A DNA stretch of 64,000 nucleotides, taken from the IMG/VR virus record IMGVR_UViG_3300037041_001930. One strand, given 5' to 3'. A program made the position numbers and the translations under genes. The stretch's first letter is position 1; each line of letters starts with the position of its first letter. This stretch comes from a virus. Taxonomy: Duplodnaviria > Caudoviricetes. The notes beneath the pieces were generated by a model. The model was not told the DNA's origin. It saw only the letters and a list, made by a program, of their open reading frames with translations, and made no database searches. Positions 63,594-64,000 of the stretch are shown piece after piece.

Positions 63594-64000
63594 AACGGGA
63601 TTCCTTTCTTTGTTTTCTGATACGCGTTGACCAACCTGATGATCTCACTAACGGCGGCGTGGGAACTCTGGGTTCTCGCCGCGGAGTTCATGACCATGGC
63701 CAACAAGACCAGGACATGATCGTTGAGCATGGAGTGCTCTTGTATCCCCGGGGCCTGGACTCCCATAGCCTTAGCGGTGTGGGCCTGGATTCGGGCAAGC
63801 ATGAAGTCGCGGATATTCACGGCGTCTCGGGTGCGCCCGTTGTCCTTGAGGATCTCGAGCCCCCCTTTATCGGTTACCGCGACGATGACATCGCGTTCAC
63901 GACGCAGGGACTCAGCGATGCGATCCACGGTATCCGCATGCAGGGCCTTCATGGCTACAACAAAGGCAGGGACGAGTTCCGTGTTCGCATTGGACTCCAT
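63590..64000 (-). CDS. Hypothetical protein (may extend beyond the window)
   Basis: Open frame from the ATG at the last base of the window. Confidence 0.6.
   Translation of the reverse strand: MESNANTELVPAFVVAMKALHADTVDRIAESLRRERDVIVAVTDKGGLEILKDNGRTRDAVNIRDFMLARIQAHTAKAMGVQAPGIQEHSMLNDHVLVLLAMVMNSAARTQSSHAAVSEIIRLVNAYQKTKKGIPL

Noticed and set aside
115-64000. Numerous plus-strand ORFs of 60-290 aa in the track (e.g. 5791-6522, 20818-21669, 23039-23827, 56574-57437)
   Set aside because: They lie antisense to well-supported minus-strand genes, lack SD sites and recognisable motifs, and are expected shadows in GC-rich DNA.
1-64000. CRISPR array, tRNA, rRNA, or diversity-generating retroelement
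   Set aside because: I saw no regularly spaced direct repeats, no cloverleaf or T-loop signature in the gaps, no reverse transcriptase and no TR/VR pair. A tRNAscan-SE or Infernal run would be decisive.
1-64000. Stop-codon reassignment, as seen in some jumbo phages
   Set aside because: Recognisable genes (nrdJ, tmk, ruvA, DHH) are full length under the standard code, and TAA, TAG and TGA all occur as terminators.

Overview
A 64-kb, GC-rich (about 60% by eye) fragment of a large, probably jumbo, dsDNA bacteriophage. Genes are densely packed with Shine-Dalgarno sites and ATGA/TAATG overlaps. All but one credible gene (a STAS-domain gene at 55362-55799) lie on the minus strand. The left half (1-30.7 kb) is mostly a virion/structural module: a DUF2793 fibre-like protein running off the left edge, a 1122-aa beta-helix protein resembling autotransporter passengers, two possible degenerate HK97-fold capsid paralogues, and Cys-rich and glycine-zipper proteins. 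It also holds a class II (B12-dependent, monomeric-type) ribonucleotide reductase with a Gln-terminated LAGLIDADG intein. Embedded among the structural genes is a glycan-synthesis island of three multi-enzyme fusions: HAD phosphatase + PRPP-type ribofuranosyltransferase + SAM methyltransferase; Maf/DUF115-like + GT29 sialyltransferase-like + GT32; and GT2 + KpsS-like. A beta-propeller glycosidase lies about 8 kb further on. The right half (30.7-64 kb) is an accessory region of small genes in paralogous families. It includes a PD-(D/E)xK nuclease, DHH/DHHA1 phosphoesterase, pentapeptide-repeat protein, permuted NlpC/P60, soluble lytic transglycosylase, SNase, MazG-like pyrophosphatase, thymidylate kinase and RuvA. 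A pseudo-palindromic motif TTGAC-N5-GTAAA recurs upstream of several gene blocks. I found no rRNA, tRNA or CRISPR array. All family calls come from motif recognition by eye, not database searches. Several start codons were moved downstream of the ORF-track starts on the basis of SD sites and gene overlaps.
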